The position numbers and the translations under genes are program-made. DNA of 64,000 nucleotides from Candidatus Multivoradales bacterium (GTDB taxonomy: Bacteria; Acidobacteriota; Thermoanaerobaculia; Multivoradales; J023), in assembly GCA_965248925.1 (NCBI GenBank), contig CBDFLE010000006.1:2752001-2816000 (forward strand), written 5' to 3'. Below, in pieces: positions 18,244 through 27,571 of this stretch. Position 1 is the stretch's first letter. Each line of letters begins with the position of its first letter. Under the pieces are notes generated by a model. The model was not told where the DNA came from and ran no database searches. It saw only the letters and a list, made by a program, of their open reading frames with translations.

Positions 18244-18963
18244 ATGGCCTGGTACAAAGAGTGGTTCGGACAGGAATACCTCGAACTCTACGCCCATCGC
18301 AATGCAGCCGAGGCGACTCGGCACTTGGATTTTGTTGGCCGCGTGCTGGGTGACAGCTGCTCAGGACGGGTGCTGGATCTGGCTTGTGGGGCCGGTCGAC
18401 ACACAGCTGAGCTACGCCAGCGTGGCTACCAGACCTTCGGCATCGATCTGTCGCTGACCCTGCTGGCCCACCCGCCGCGGGTGCCGAGTTCGGCGGCCGA
18501 TATGCGCGCCCTGCCGTTTGCCGATGGAGCTTTTCAGTGGGTGCTCAACTTCTTTACCTCGTTTGGCTATTTCGAGCGCGAGCGGCAGAACTTCCAGGTG
18601 TTGGAGGAGATCGTCCGGGTGCTCGAACCCAAGGGTCGCTTCATGATCGACTTTCTCAATCGTGAGCGGGTGTTGGCGCAGCTGAAGGAGCGCGATAGCC
18701 AGCAGGAAGGCGAGCGCCAGATAGAGATCGAGCGCTGGTATGACGCGGCGACCCGGCGCATTAACAAGCGCATCCGTATCGAGCAACCTGGGCGGGCGCC
18801 GCAGAGCTTCCTCGAAAGTGTCCGTGCCTACACCGAGCAGGAGGTCACGATCGGCTTGCGTTGGGCAGGTCTCGAGGTCGATGCCCTCTACGGTAATTTC
18901 GATGGGGGTCCTTTCCACCATGACAGCGAACGACTCATCATCGTCGGCCATCGCGCCCATTGA
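18244..18963 (+). CDS. Class I SAM-dependent methyltransferase, candidate bacillithiol N-methyltransferase (NmbA-like)
   Basis: VLDLACGAGRH, DMRALPF, NFFTSFGYF motifs; N-terminal WYKEWF..EYLELYAHR; directly upstream of bshC. Confidence 0.85.
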   Translation: MAWYKEWFGQEYLELYAHRNAAEATRHLDFVGRVLGDSCSGRVLDLACGAGRHTAELRQRGYQTFGIDLSLTLLAHPPRVPSSAADMRALPFADGAFQWVLNFFTSFGYFERERQNFQVLEEIVRVLEPKGRFMIDFLNRERVLAQLKERDSQQEGERQIEIERWYDAATRRINKRIRIEQPGRAPQSFLESVRAYTEQEVTIGLRWAGLEVDALYGNFDGGPFHHDSERLIIVGHRAH

Positions 18964-20557
18964 CCGCCTCGACATGGTCGCGGCGGGTTGGCTACCGCCC
19001 TTGCCGACGGCTTTTCTCAGCGGTCGTGATCGCGACTTGCTAGCGCCGCTCACCTTCCTAGCACCTGGTGAGCTGCCGGCCGGTATCGGGCCAGCGGTGG
19101 AGCGCGCTGCCTTGGCCGAGGGTTTGGCGCTCGCCAATACGGGCTATGGCCATCCGCGAGCCGAGCAGCTGGCGGCCAAACTGGCCGATCCCGCCACGCG
19201 GGTGGTGGTCACCGGTCAGCAGCCGGGCCTGTTCTGCGGGCCGCTGCTGACCCTCACCAAAATGGCCGCCGCGGCGCGCTGGGCCGAAGCCATCGAAGCA
19301 GCCGGCCAGCCGGCGGTGGCGGTTTTTTGGGTGGCCACCGAAGATCACGATTGGGCCGAGGTGGCCCAAGTTGGGATGCTGGCCGGCGGCGAGATCACCC
19401 ACTTACAGCTGGGCGAAGACTTATCGCCGCTCGTGCCCGTGGGGGCGCGCGTTCTGGGGCAAGGTCTGGAGCAGGTTTACGCCAGCTTGGCGGCGGTTCA
19501 GCCGGGCGAGCGCGGTCAGCGTTGGCATCGGGACCTCGCTCGCTGGTACTCGCCCGAGGCGCTGGTTGGCGAGGCATTCCATCGCCTGGCGGTGCATCTG
19601 CTGGGCGAGCACACGCCGCTGTTGCTCGATTCGATGTTGCCAGCGGTCAAGCAGGCGCAGCGGCTTTGGTTGCGTCGGTTGGTGGAAGAACGCCAGGGGG
19701 TCGACGCGGCTTTGGCGGCTGCCGACCGTCGGGTCGAGGAACGTGGCTATGGGTTGCAGGTGCGGCCGCAGCGAGGGCTCAGCCCCCTGTTTTTGCTGCA
19801 CCAGCAGCAACGGCGGCGTATTGAATGGCGAGGTGACGACCGCTTTGGTTTGCGCGGCTTGGCGGACTTCGAGCAGCCGGTGGCGAGCCTGCTCGAGACG
19901 ATTGCCGAGAATCCAGTGGCGGTGAGTCCTGGGGTGCTGGCTCGGCCGGCGATCCAAGACGCCATTCTCGGCACCACGCTGCAAGTGATGGGGCCGGCCG
20001 AGATGTCCTACATGACGCAGGTGGCCGGGATCTATCGCCATCTGGGCCTCGAGGCGCCGCATACTACTTTGCGGCCTCAGGCCATGTTGCTCGAACCGCG
20101 ACCAGCGGCCCAGTTGCAGGAGCTCGGGATCGAGCTGCCACGGCTCTTGACCACGCCGCTCGACCGCTTGCTCAGCGACAGCCTCGGTGGCGATCTGGTC
20201 GGGCCGGCGCGGCAAGTCGTTGATCAAACCCTGGAGCAGCTGCGCCAGCCAGCTTTGGATCTCGATCCGGGGCTCGAACGACCGTGGCGCAAGACCCGCG
20301 ATCAGATCGGTCGCGCGCTAGATCAGCTGGCATCACGGGTAGCGGCAGCCAACGCCCGTCGCCATCAAGTGCAACACCAGCGTCTGGAGCGCATCTTGGC
20401 CGCCGTGATGCCCGGCGGTAAACCGCAGGAGAGGGTGTTATCCATCGCCCATTTCGGTGGTCGCTACGGTCGCGATTTTGCCACCGAGCTGTACCGGCAA
20501 ATCGGCCTTGACCCCAGGGTTCTGTACCCCGTGCTACTGGGTCAGAAGGAGGGTTGA
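18920..20557 (+). CDS. bshC: Bacillithiol biosynthesis cysteine-adding enzyme BshC (start 18920 or 18974)
   Basis: VVTGQQPGLFCGPL, VFWVATEDHDWAEV, SPGVLARP..QD, GPAEMSY, PQERVL motifs. Confidence 0.92.
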   Translation: MTANDSSSSAIAPIDRLDMVAAGWLPPLPTAFLSGRDRDLLAPLTFLAPGELPAGIGPAVERAALAEGLALANTGYGHPRAEQLAAKLADPATRVVVTGQQPGLFCGPLLTLTKMAAAARWAEAIEAAGQPAVAVFWVATEDHDWAEVAQVGMLAGGEITHLQLGEDLSPLVPVGARVLGQGLEQVYASLAAVQPGERGQRWHRDLARWYSPEALVGEAFHRLAVHLLGEHTPLLLDSMLPAVKQAQRLWLRRLVEERQGVDAALAAADRRVEERGYGLQVRPQRGLSPLFLLHQQQRRRIEWRGDDRFGLRGLADFEQPVASLLETIAENPVAVSPGVLARPAIQDAILGTTLQVMGPAEMSYMTQVAGIYRHLGLEAPHTTLRPQAMLLEPRPAAQLQELGIELPRLLTTPLDRLLSDSLGGDLVGPARQVVDQTLEQLRQPALDLDPGLERPWRKTRDQIGRALDQLASRVAAANARRHQVQHQRLERILAAVMPGGKPQERVLSIAHFGGRYGRDFATELYRQIGLDPRVLYPVLLGQKEG

Positions 20558-21276
20558 TGACGGTCGACGTACTCGCTATCGGCGCCCATCCCGACGATGT
20601 CGAGTTGGGCTGTGGTGGCACCGTGGCGCAGCTGGTGGCGGCGGGACGAAGGGTGGCGATCCTGCACCTGACCCGGGGCGAGTTGGGAACCCGCGGCACG
20701 ACTGAAGAACGCTGCCGCGAGGCTGAAGCAGCGGCAGAGATTCTCGGCGTCGCTGAGTTGGGGTGGCTGAACTGTGGTGATGGATGCCTGCGCCACGGGG
20801 TGGACGAGGAAGATGCCCTGATTGCTGAGCTTCGCCGGTGGCGCCCCGAACTGGTGCTGGGACCGAGTCCAGCGGATCGCCATCCGGACCACGGTCGGGC
20901 TCACCTTTTGGTTGCGGACGCCTGTTTCTACGCTGGCTTGCGGCGGCGAGGAACGGGCAAGGCTCACCGGCCAGCGGCGCTGTTTTCCTATATGCAGCAC
21001 GATCCCTTTGCGCCTGACTTCATTGTCGACGTCAGCCGCGGTTGGTCGCGCAAGCTAGCCGCCCTGGCGGCCTATAGCAGTCAGTTGCACCAGCCTGGCG
21101 AGGCCCGCGACGAGCCAATGACCAAGGTGGCTAGCCCAGAATACTCGGCGGCGGTCGAGGGTCGAGCGCGGCACTTCGGTCAGCTGATCGGGGCCGAGTT
21201 TGGCGAGCCTTTTAGCAGCAGCCTACCGTTGGCGGTGGCCGACCCCCTGTCCCTGCTACCCGGCGGGCTGCGCTGA
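20554..21276 (+). CDS. bshB1: N-acetylglucosaminyl-malate deacetylase BshB1 (PIG-L family)
   Basis: AHPDDVELGCGG, LTRGELGTRG, DRHPDH, AYSSQ motifs; coupled to bshC. Confidence 0.9.
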   Translation: MMTVDVLAIGAHPDDVELGCGGTVAQLVAAGRRVAILHLTRGELGTRGTTEERCREAEAAAEILGVAELGWLNCGDGCLRHGVDEEDALIAELRRWRPELVLGPSPADRHPDHGRAHLLVADACFYAGLRRRGTGKAHRPAALFSYMQHDPFAPDFIVDVSRGWSRKLAALAAYSSQLHQPGEARDEPMTKVASPEYSAAVEGRARHFGQLIGAEFGEPFSSSLPLAVADPLSLLPGGLR

Positions 21277-21418
21277 TTCGACTCGCGGGGTAGATGCGGA
21301 CACATCGTCTGGGTGGATGGTCTAGTCAAAGCTGCGCCATCGGGTAGACTGTGGGTGCTTTTCTACTCTCATTTTTTAAAGATACGATCGGGGAATTCGC
21401 CGACACGGAGAGACGCGC

Positions 21419-21856
21419 ATGAGTGACGAACAGATTCCGCCCCCAGCCCCTAGCGATCCACCCGCGGCCGCGCCCCCGCCGCCACCGGCGGATCCGCCGC
21501 CGGAACCGCCAGCTGGCGCCAGCGGTGACAATGCCGCGGAAAATCCCAATCGCACGGTCTACCTGTGGTTGTCCTATGCCTGGATCTTGGCCCTCTTTCC
21601 CTTCTTGCTGGAGAAGGATGATGCAGAGGTCAAATGGCACGCCAAACACGGCTTGGTACTCACCGGTGCCGAGCTCTTGCTGCAAGTCGCCATGGGCATC
21701 GTTGGCTCAATCGGCCCCTTGGGGTGCTTGGGGTGTTCCGTTGGGTTAGTGATTTGGCTGGCCTTCCTGGTGTTCCGCATCATGGCCGCGGTCAAAGCCA
21801 CCCAGGGTGGACGGATGACCATTCCGGGGCTGAGCGACTTGGCTGACAAGTTCTGA
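21419..21856 (+). CDS. DUF4870-like membrane protein with a Pro-rich N-terminus
   Basis: LSY..ILAL.P.LLEKDDAEVKWHAKHGL..., three TM segments, KA.QG....IP ending. Confidence 0.7.
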   Translation: MSDEQIPPPAPSDPPAAAPPPPPADPPPEPPAGASGDNAAENPNRTVYLWLSYAWILALFPFLLEKDDAEVKWHAKHGLVLTGAELLLQVAMGIVGSIGPLGCLGCSVGLVIWLAFLVFRIMAAVKATQGGRMTIPGLSDLADKF

Positions 21857-21926
21857 GCCTGACGGCTGAATAGGACGGCAAAGTAGACCGCCGAAGTGCC
21901 GTCAGAGCGAGTCGTCTGAGCAAGCC

Positions 21927-22271
21927 ATGACCGCGAAAATGCAAGAGTCCGAGCAAGCCGCTCGGACTCCTCTGTGGCGGCGGCGATGGGGGTGGGCGTT
22001 CTGCGGGTTTTTTCTGCTGCTGGCCTTCGATCTCTGTCGGCCGGCGCAGCGTCAGTTGACTACCCGCGCCGTGCTGGCTAGCGTGGACTTCTACCAGGCC
22101 CACATCTCACGCCATCTCGGAGATAGCAAATGTCGCTTCGCTCCCACTTGCAGCGTCTATGTCGAAATCTCGATTCGCCAGCATGGGCTGATCAAGGGGG
22201 GGTTGCGTGGTGCCGGCCGGTTGTTGCGCTGCGGCCCGTGGACGAAACGCGGTACTCGCGACGACCCGTGA
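21927..22271 (+). CDS. yidD: Membrane protein insertion efficiency factor YidD-like
   Basis: FYQAHIS, CRFAPTCSVY, HGLIKG, RLLRCGPW..G..DP. Confidence 0.85.
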   Translation: MTAKMQESEQAARTPLWRRRWGWAFCGFFLLLAFDLCRPAQRQLTTRAVLASVDFYQAHISRHLGDSKCRFAPTCSVYVEISIRQHGLIKGGLRGAGRLLRCGPWTKRGTRDDP

Positions 22272-22278
22272 GCTGCTG

Positions 22279-22947
22279 ATGGCCCGGACGATCGATATCG
22301 CCAGTTGGAAGCGGCGCCAGCATTTCGAGTTCTTTCGCCACTACGAACAGCCCTTCTGGAACCTCTGCGCCGAGGTCGATGTCAGTCGCCTGCTGCGCCT
22401 GTGCCGCCAGCCTCAGGGACCGTCCTACTTCCTGGCTTCCTTCTACATGTCGCTCCTGGCGGCCAACGAAACCGAAGAGTTGCGCTATCGGCTGCGCGGC
22501 GTGGGCGACCAGGTGATCGAGCATCAGATCATCCATGGCGGCTCGACGATGCTGCTGCCCAATGAGACCTTCGCCTTCACCTATTTCGACTACTACCCCC
22601 AATACGCTCAATTCGCGGCGGCAGCAGAAGGCGAGATCGAACGGGTGAAGAGTGGTTCTTGGGATCTAGAACCCCGCGATGGCGACGACGACTTGATCCA
22701 CTACACCGTCCTACCCTGGGTGTCGTTGACCAGTTTCAGCCACGCCCGCCGACGTGATCCGGCGGATTCGGTGCCCAAAATGGTCTTTGGCCGCTATCGT
22801 CGGTCGGCGGACGGTCGCTACCTCATGCCGGTGTCGATCGAAATTCACCATGCCTTGGTGGACGGGCTGCATGTCGGTCGCTTTTTCGAACGTTTTCAGG
22901 CCCATCTCGACGATCTGCGGGCGGTGAGCGAAGCGCTCATTGTCTGA
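22279..22947 (+). CDS. CatA-like chloramphenicol O-acetyltransferase family protein
   Basis: IDIASWKRRQHFEFF, LPWVSLTSFSH, PKMVFGRY, MPVSIEIHHALVDGLHV (catalytic HHxxxDG). Confidence 0.88.
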   Translation: MARTIDIASWKRRQHFEFFRHYEQPFWNLCAEVDVSRLLRLCRQPQGPSYFLASFYMSLLAANETEELRYRLRGVGDQVIEHQIIHGGSTMLLPNETFAFTYFDYYPQYAQFAAAAEGEIERVKSGSWDLEPRDGDDDLIHYTVLPWVSLTSFSHARRRDPADSVPKMVFGRYRRSADGRYLMPVSIEIHHALVDGLHVGRFFERFQAHLDDLRAVSEALIV

Positions 22948-23320
22948 AGCTGCGTTTTTCTTGAGCCACTTTCCTCCTTTTCTTCGCGTGTAGCTCGAAT
23001 CCACCCGCCACCGCCGCCGAATGTCGCGCAGCAGGGCGGCCGCTGGAGTAGCTCACGGTTTGTCGAAGGAGGAAGAGTTCATGTTTTCCAAGGAAGAACT
23101 CGGTTTTCACCATCGATCCTCGGACCAGATGCCGAGGCTGAGAGTCTTGCTCGCCCTACTGCACCGCCGACAGATTGATCTTGCCCAATCTGGGCAACCC
23201 CAGAACCTCGCCGGTGGGCACCGGCGCGCTCAAGTTCCAGTTTGGCGCCTTGGTGTACTTCTCCCCCGGCTTGATTGTGAGCAAACTCGGCGGCCTCTCT
23301 GACCGCGAGCCTTGCCATAA

Positions 23321-23350
23321 CTAGCCCACCATGCAAGGGGGGTGGGCTAG
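23321..23350. terminator. 10-bp inverted-repeat hairpin
   Basis: CTAGCCCACC-N10-GGTGGGCTAG overlapping the stop of the 23347-23862 gene; no clear U-tract. Confidence 0.4.
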
Positions 23351-23862
23351 ATCTTTGCTTGCAGTAGGCTTGCGAGTGCCGTAGTGCCTGCCGCGAGCTC
23401 GGCGCTACGGTCAGGAACGTGTTGCAAGGCGTCCTCGACTGCGGCTTCCAAGTTCTCGGTCGGGAACGGGTTGCGATAGGCTTTGGCCTTCTCCAGGGCC
23501 TGCCGGGTAGAAGTCGGCAGGTCGGCGAAGTCTCGCTGTTGCCAGATCGAGATCACCCCACTGTCTAGCGAGCCTTCGAGCATGGCGACCGCCACCTCGG
23601 GGCGCTCGATACGCAGCAGACTTAGCAGCTCGACTCCACGGCCAATAGCCCCCGCCACCTCGAATTCCAACATCTCGCTGGAATCTAGAACATCTAGATC
23701 GCCGAGGATCCCCTGTTGGCCCTCAGCATCCAGCCCGCGGAAGGGGTGCTGCTGAGCGGAGAAGAAGCCGAGGGAAAGGCCCACCAAGAGGCCCACTGCC
23801 AGAGCGAGCAGGACCCGTACTAAGACGGATGTCTTACCATCTACAGGGTTTCTTGTCTTCAT
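23347..23862 (-). CDS. Hypothetical membrane-anchored helical protein
   Basis: AAGGAGG RBS; N-terminal TM/signal segment VLVRVLLALAVGLLVGLSLGFF. Confidence 0.7.
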   Translation of the reverse strand: MKTRNPVDGKTSVLVRVLLALAVGLLVGLSLGFFSAQQHPFRGLDAEGQQGILGDLDVLDSSEMLEFEVAGAIGRGVELLSLLRIERPEVAVAMLEGSLDSGVISIWQQRDFADLPTSTRQALEKAKAYRNPFPTENLEAAVEDALQHVPDRSAELAAGTTALASLLQAKI

Positions 23863-24293
23863 CGGAGATCCTCCTTAAGAGCTTTTCATAGGACCCTCTG
23901 CAACCAGGAGTCGCCAACCTTCATATCAGGTCCTCTGGCGGTTCCAAATGGCGACGCACATCTGCTGCGTGAGTTGGGCGACGGATTCGCTCTACCGGAC
24001 GGACCCCGATGAAAGGACGCCAGGTTGGCTTGCTCCGCGCCGCGTGAACACAGATACGTAGTTGGTCCGGAGATATTCGGCGGGCTGTAAAACCTCAATG
24101 CCTCAATGCAGACCCACACTACTGCGTGTCAGCCTTGCTTGACCTCGGCCTGCGCCGAGTAGGGTCGAAGGCTTTGGACAGCGCCAAGCAACCATCCTGC
24201 AGACAGGAAGTCCTGCCAGAACCTTCCGACAGTCCTCGGCTCAGGGCCAATCTGGCCTGACACGTTGCTGAGAGTGCTTTCTGGGATGTCAGT

Positions 24294-25526
24294 TTATTGT
24301 TGGCCCGAATTCCGCCGCGCTAGCAAAGCATAGACCGCCGCGGTGACCACCAGGGTCGGCAGGGTGGCGCCAAAGGACCAGGCCAGGTGGCCGAGTAGCT
24401 GATAGATCAAGACCCCGGCCAACCAGGCGATCCACGCCGCGGCGCGCCATTGCGGTACGCGGGTTGGATCGTCGATTTTTGGCGCGGTCCAGAAGAAGTG
24501 CACCAGGGCGATGGCGACGATTGGCAACAAGGTAGTGCCGATCCAGCCCATGAAACCAGCATAGCGGTCGAGGATTTGCGGCGACAACAAGCCGAAGGTG
24601 GTGCCGATCGCCCCCACCATCAAGACGGTCGAGCGACCCGGCGCCGCTGGCCACAGGTTCTTGATCGCCAACGAAGATAAATAGAGATTGACGAAGTTGG
24701 TGGTCACGGTCGACAGGGCCATTAGCACCAGTGCGGCCAGGGGTAGGCCGGCGGCGAGCACCATGTCGGTGGGATCGCCGCCGCCACCAAGTTGGCCAGC
24801 GCCAGCTCCGAGCACCATCAACCAAGAGCTGGTCAAGGCCAGACCGAAAAAGGCGGCGCGCGAGGCGGCGCCCTCGCGGCGCTGGAACCGAGTGTAGTCG
24901 GCGAACATCAGGCACCAGCTCACCTGGTAGCCAATCACCAGGTCGAGGCCGCCGAGCAGGGGCGAGTCGCCGCTTGCGGGGCGGCCGAGGGCCTCGCGGC
25001 CAGCGCCGCCGAAGAGGGCCCAGGTCAGCATTACTCCCACCAGCAGCAGCAGCGGCACCGCCACCCGGTCGAAGAGGGCCATGGCTCTGGGGCCGATCAT
25101 CGCCACCAGCACCGCCAAGCCGCCGACGGCCAGATTCCAGGGCCATTCCGGGCCGCCGGTGAGTCGGGCCATGGCGCGGCCGGCGATGACGTTGTTGAGC
25201 GCGATCCAAGCGAAGTTGGTGAGGATCAACAAGCAGGAGATCAGCGCTGCCCCGCGCTGGCCGAAGGGGTGGCGCAAGAGCACCATCGAGGGCAGTCCGT
25301 AGCGCGGCCCAAGGCGTGCCAGGACGGCGATCAGGGCGGTTCCCAAGGCGCCACCGCAGACGATCAAGACCACCGCTTGGGCGAATGAGAAGCTCGGCGC
25401 CAGGGCGCCACCGGTGACCAAGGTGGTGGTAACGATGTTGGCGCCGGCAAAAAGCAGCAGCACGTCGAGGGTCGAAGCGGTGCGGCGGGCAGCGGGCACC
25501 GGCCGTAAGTCGAGACCAGAGTCCAT
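24294..25526 (-). CDS. NCS1-family (cytosine permease / CytX-like) nucleobase or vitamin-precursor transporter
   Basis: About 12 TM segments; FAGANI, GPRYGLPSMVLLRHPFGQRG, FADYTRF, TTNFVNLY motifs. Confidence 0.85.
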   Translation of the reverse strand: MDSGLDLRPVPAARRTASTLDVLLLFAGANIVTTTLVTGGALAPSFSFAQAVVLIVCGGALGTALIAVLARLGPRYGLPSMVLLRHPFGQRGAALISCLLILTNFAWIALNNVIAGRAMARLTGGPEWPWNLAVGGLAVLVAMIGPRAMALFDRVAVPLLLLVGVMLTWALFGGAGREALGRPASGDSPLLGGLDLVIGYQVSWCLMFADYTRFQRREGAASRAAFFGLALTSSWLMVLGAGAGQLGGGGDPTDMVLAAGLPLAALVLMALSTVTTNFVNLYLSSLAIKNLWPAAPGRSTVLMVGAIGTTFGLLSPQILDRYAGFMGWIGTTLLPIVAIALVHFFWTAPKIDDPTRVPQWRAAAWIAWLAGVLIYQLLGHLAWSFGATLPTLVVTAAVYALLARRNSGQQ

Positions 25527-25608
25527 CTGCCTATCCTGAAATCTGGGTTGGTTCGCCGAGGGTTTTCATGCGACGATCCTACCTGCCGCTGCCGCCGCCA
25601 GGCAGCTG

Positions 25609-25971
25609 ATGAACACCATGCCTAAAGATTCCCAGATTCTCAGCGAAATCCGCCGGCTGCACGAAGGTGGCGGCCTACGCCTGACCTGGCAGGACGGCCA
25701 TACGATGGACTTCGAGTCGGGCTATCTGCGCGGCTTTTGTCCTTGTGCCGGTTGTCAGGGGCACTCGCGCGAGGCGATCGAGTACCAGGCGCCGTCGGGG
25801 GCGGTGACGGTGGAGTCGATCGAGCCGATAGGTCACTATGCGGTGTCGTTCACCTTTTCCGACGGCCACGGCACCGGGATCTACCGCTTCGACTTTCTCC
25901 GCGCCATCTGCCCGTGCTCGGCCTGTGTCAGTGCTCGCGGCGGTCTGCACTTGGCGGTGTCGACGGGTTGA
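25609..25971 (+). CDS. DUF971 / gamma-butyrobetaine hydroxylase-like N-terminal domain protein
   Basis: LTWQDGH, YLRGFCPCAGCQGH, IEPIGHYAVSFTFSDGHGTGIYRFDFLR. Confidence 0.88.
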   Translation: MNTMPKDSQILSEIRRLHEGGGLRLTWQDGHTMDFESGYLRGFCPCAGCQGHSREAIEYQAPSGAVTVESIEPIGHYAVSFTFSDGHGTGIYRFDFLRAICPCSACVSARGGLHLAVSTG

Positions 25972-25996
25972 GGCGGCCTGCTAAGATCTGGCGTTC

Positions 25997-27571
25997 ATGT
26001 CGAATGCATCTAGCTCCGAGGCTCGCGGTGCGAAAACGCCGCGAACCCTGCGTAAAGTTCTGATTGCCAACCGCGGCGAGATTGCCGTCAGGGTACTGCG
26101 CGCGCTGCGCGAGCAGGGGATTCGCGGTGCGGTGATCTACTCTGATGCCGACCGCACCGGGCTGCCGCTGCTGCTCGCCGACGAGGCCTACCGGATCGGC
26201 CCGGCGCCGTCCAACGAAAGCTATCTGCGAGCCGCGGCGATTGTCGACTTGGCGGTCGAGATCGGCGCCGACGCTATCCACCCCGGCTACGGCTTCTTGT
26301 CTGAGAACGCCGACTTTGCCGAACTCTGCGCCGAACGCGGGGTGATCTTCATCGGACCCTCCCCCCACGCCATCCGAGTGATGGGGTCAAAAATTGCCAG
26401 CCGGCGGCGGATGATCGAAGCCGGAGTGCCGGTGGTGCCGGGCGGTAAGGACCCACTGGATAGCCTGGAGGAAGCAGAAGTCGCCGCCGCCGAGATCGGC
26501 TACCCGGTGATGCTCAAGGCTTCCGCCGGCGGTGGCGGCAAGGGCATGCGGCGGGTGATGGAAGCCGGCGAATTGGCCTCGGCCTACCGCGCGGCGCGCT
26601 CTGAAGCGATGGCCTCGTTCGGTGACGACCAGGTGTTTGCTGAGAAGTACATCGTCGAACCGCGGCATATCGAGATCCAGGTGCTTGGCGATAGCCATGG
26701 CAGAGTGGTTTCGCTGGGCGAGCGCGAATGCTCGCTGCAACGCCGCCACCAGAAAGTGATCGAGGAGGCGCCGTCGCCGGTGGTTGATCGTCAGCTGCGC
26801 CAGCGCTTGGGCGAGGCCGCGGTACTCGCCGCCCAAGCAGTGGGCTACACCAACGCCGGCACGGTGGAGTTCTTGCTTGCCCAGGATGGCGAGTTTTACT
26901 TCTTGGAGATGAACACCCGCTTGCAAGTCGAGCATCCGGTGACCGAAGAGGTGACAGGTATCGACTTGGTGCGGGCGCAGCTCGCCATCGCCCGTGGCGA
27001 GGCCCTGGGCGCGGAGTACGACGATCTGGAACCCCGTGGCCACTCGATCGAGGTGCGGCTCTATGCCGAGGATCCGCAACGCGGTTTCGCACCTTCACCG
27101 GGCCGCATCGAGCTGCTGCGCTTGCCAGAGGGTCCCGGAGTGCGTAACGACTGCGGGGTCTACGAGGGCTCCGAGATCTCGATCTACTACGATCCGATGA
27201 TCGGCAAGCTGATCGTTTGGGGCGCCGATCGCGCGCAGGCTATCGCGCGGCTCGAACGGGCTCTCTCGGAGCTGCGAATCGAGGGTATCCGCACCACCCG
27301 CTCGCTCTTTCTCGAAATCCTCGCCGACCAGGACTTCCGCGCTGGTCGGCTCGATATCGCGCTGCTCGACCGCAAGATTGAAGAGGGTGTTTGGGCATCC
27401 TCGCTGCCAGACGAAGGTAGCGAGCGCGACCTGCCGATCGTCGCCGCGGCAATCGCCCATTTCGAACGCCAACAAACCGTCACTTCGCAGCCCCCGTCGA
27501 GCACTGGCCGCCGTCCCGGTTGGCGTGGCGCGGCGCGGCGGGAGGCACTCCGGAGGCCGATATGGAGCTGA
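25997..27571 (+). CDS. accC: Biotin carboxylase subunit of an acyl-CoA carboxylase
   Basis: KVLIANRGEIAVR, HPGYGFLSEN, GGGGKGMR, RECSLQRRHQK, FLEMNTRLQVEHPVTE. Confidence 0.93.
   Translation: MSNASSSEARGAKTPRTLRKVLIANRGEIAVRVLRALREQGIRGAVIYSDADRTGLPLLLADEAYRIGPAPSNESYLRAAAIVDLAVEIGADAIHPGYGFLSENADFAELCAERGVIFIGPSPHAIRVMGSKIASRRRMIEAGVPVVPGGKDPLDSLEEAEVAAAEIGYPVMLKASAGGGGKGMRRVMEAGELASAYRAARSEAMASFGDDQVFAEKYIVEPRHIEIQVLGDSHGRVVSLGERECSLQRRHQKVIEEAPSPVVDRQLRQRLGEAAVLAAQAVGYTNAGTVEFLLAQDGEFYFLEMNTRLQVEHPVTEEVTGIDLVRAQLAIARGEALGAEYDDLEPRGHSIEVRLYAEDPQRGFAPSPGRIELLRLPEGPGVRNDCGVYEGSEISIYYDPMIGKLIVWGADRAQAIARLERALSELRIEGIRTTRSLFLEILADQDFRAGRLDIALLDRKIEEGVWASSLPDEGSERDLPIVAAAIAHFERQQTVTSQPPSSTGRRPGWRGAARREALRRPIWS

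Noticed and set aside
25527-25608. TPP riboswitch ahead of the CytX-like permease
   Set aside because: The region is too short and lacks the CUGAGA and downstream core motifs on the sense strand.
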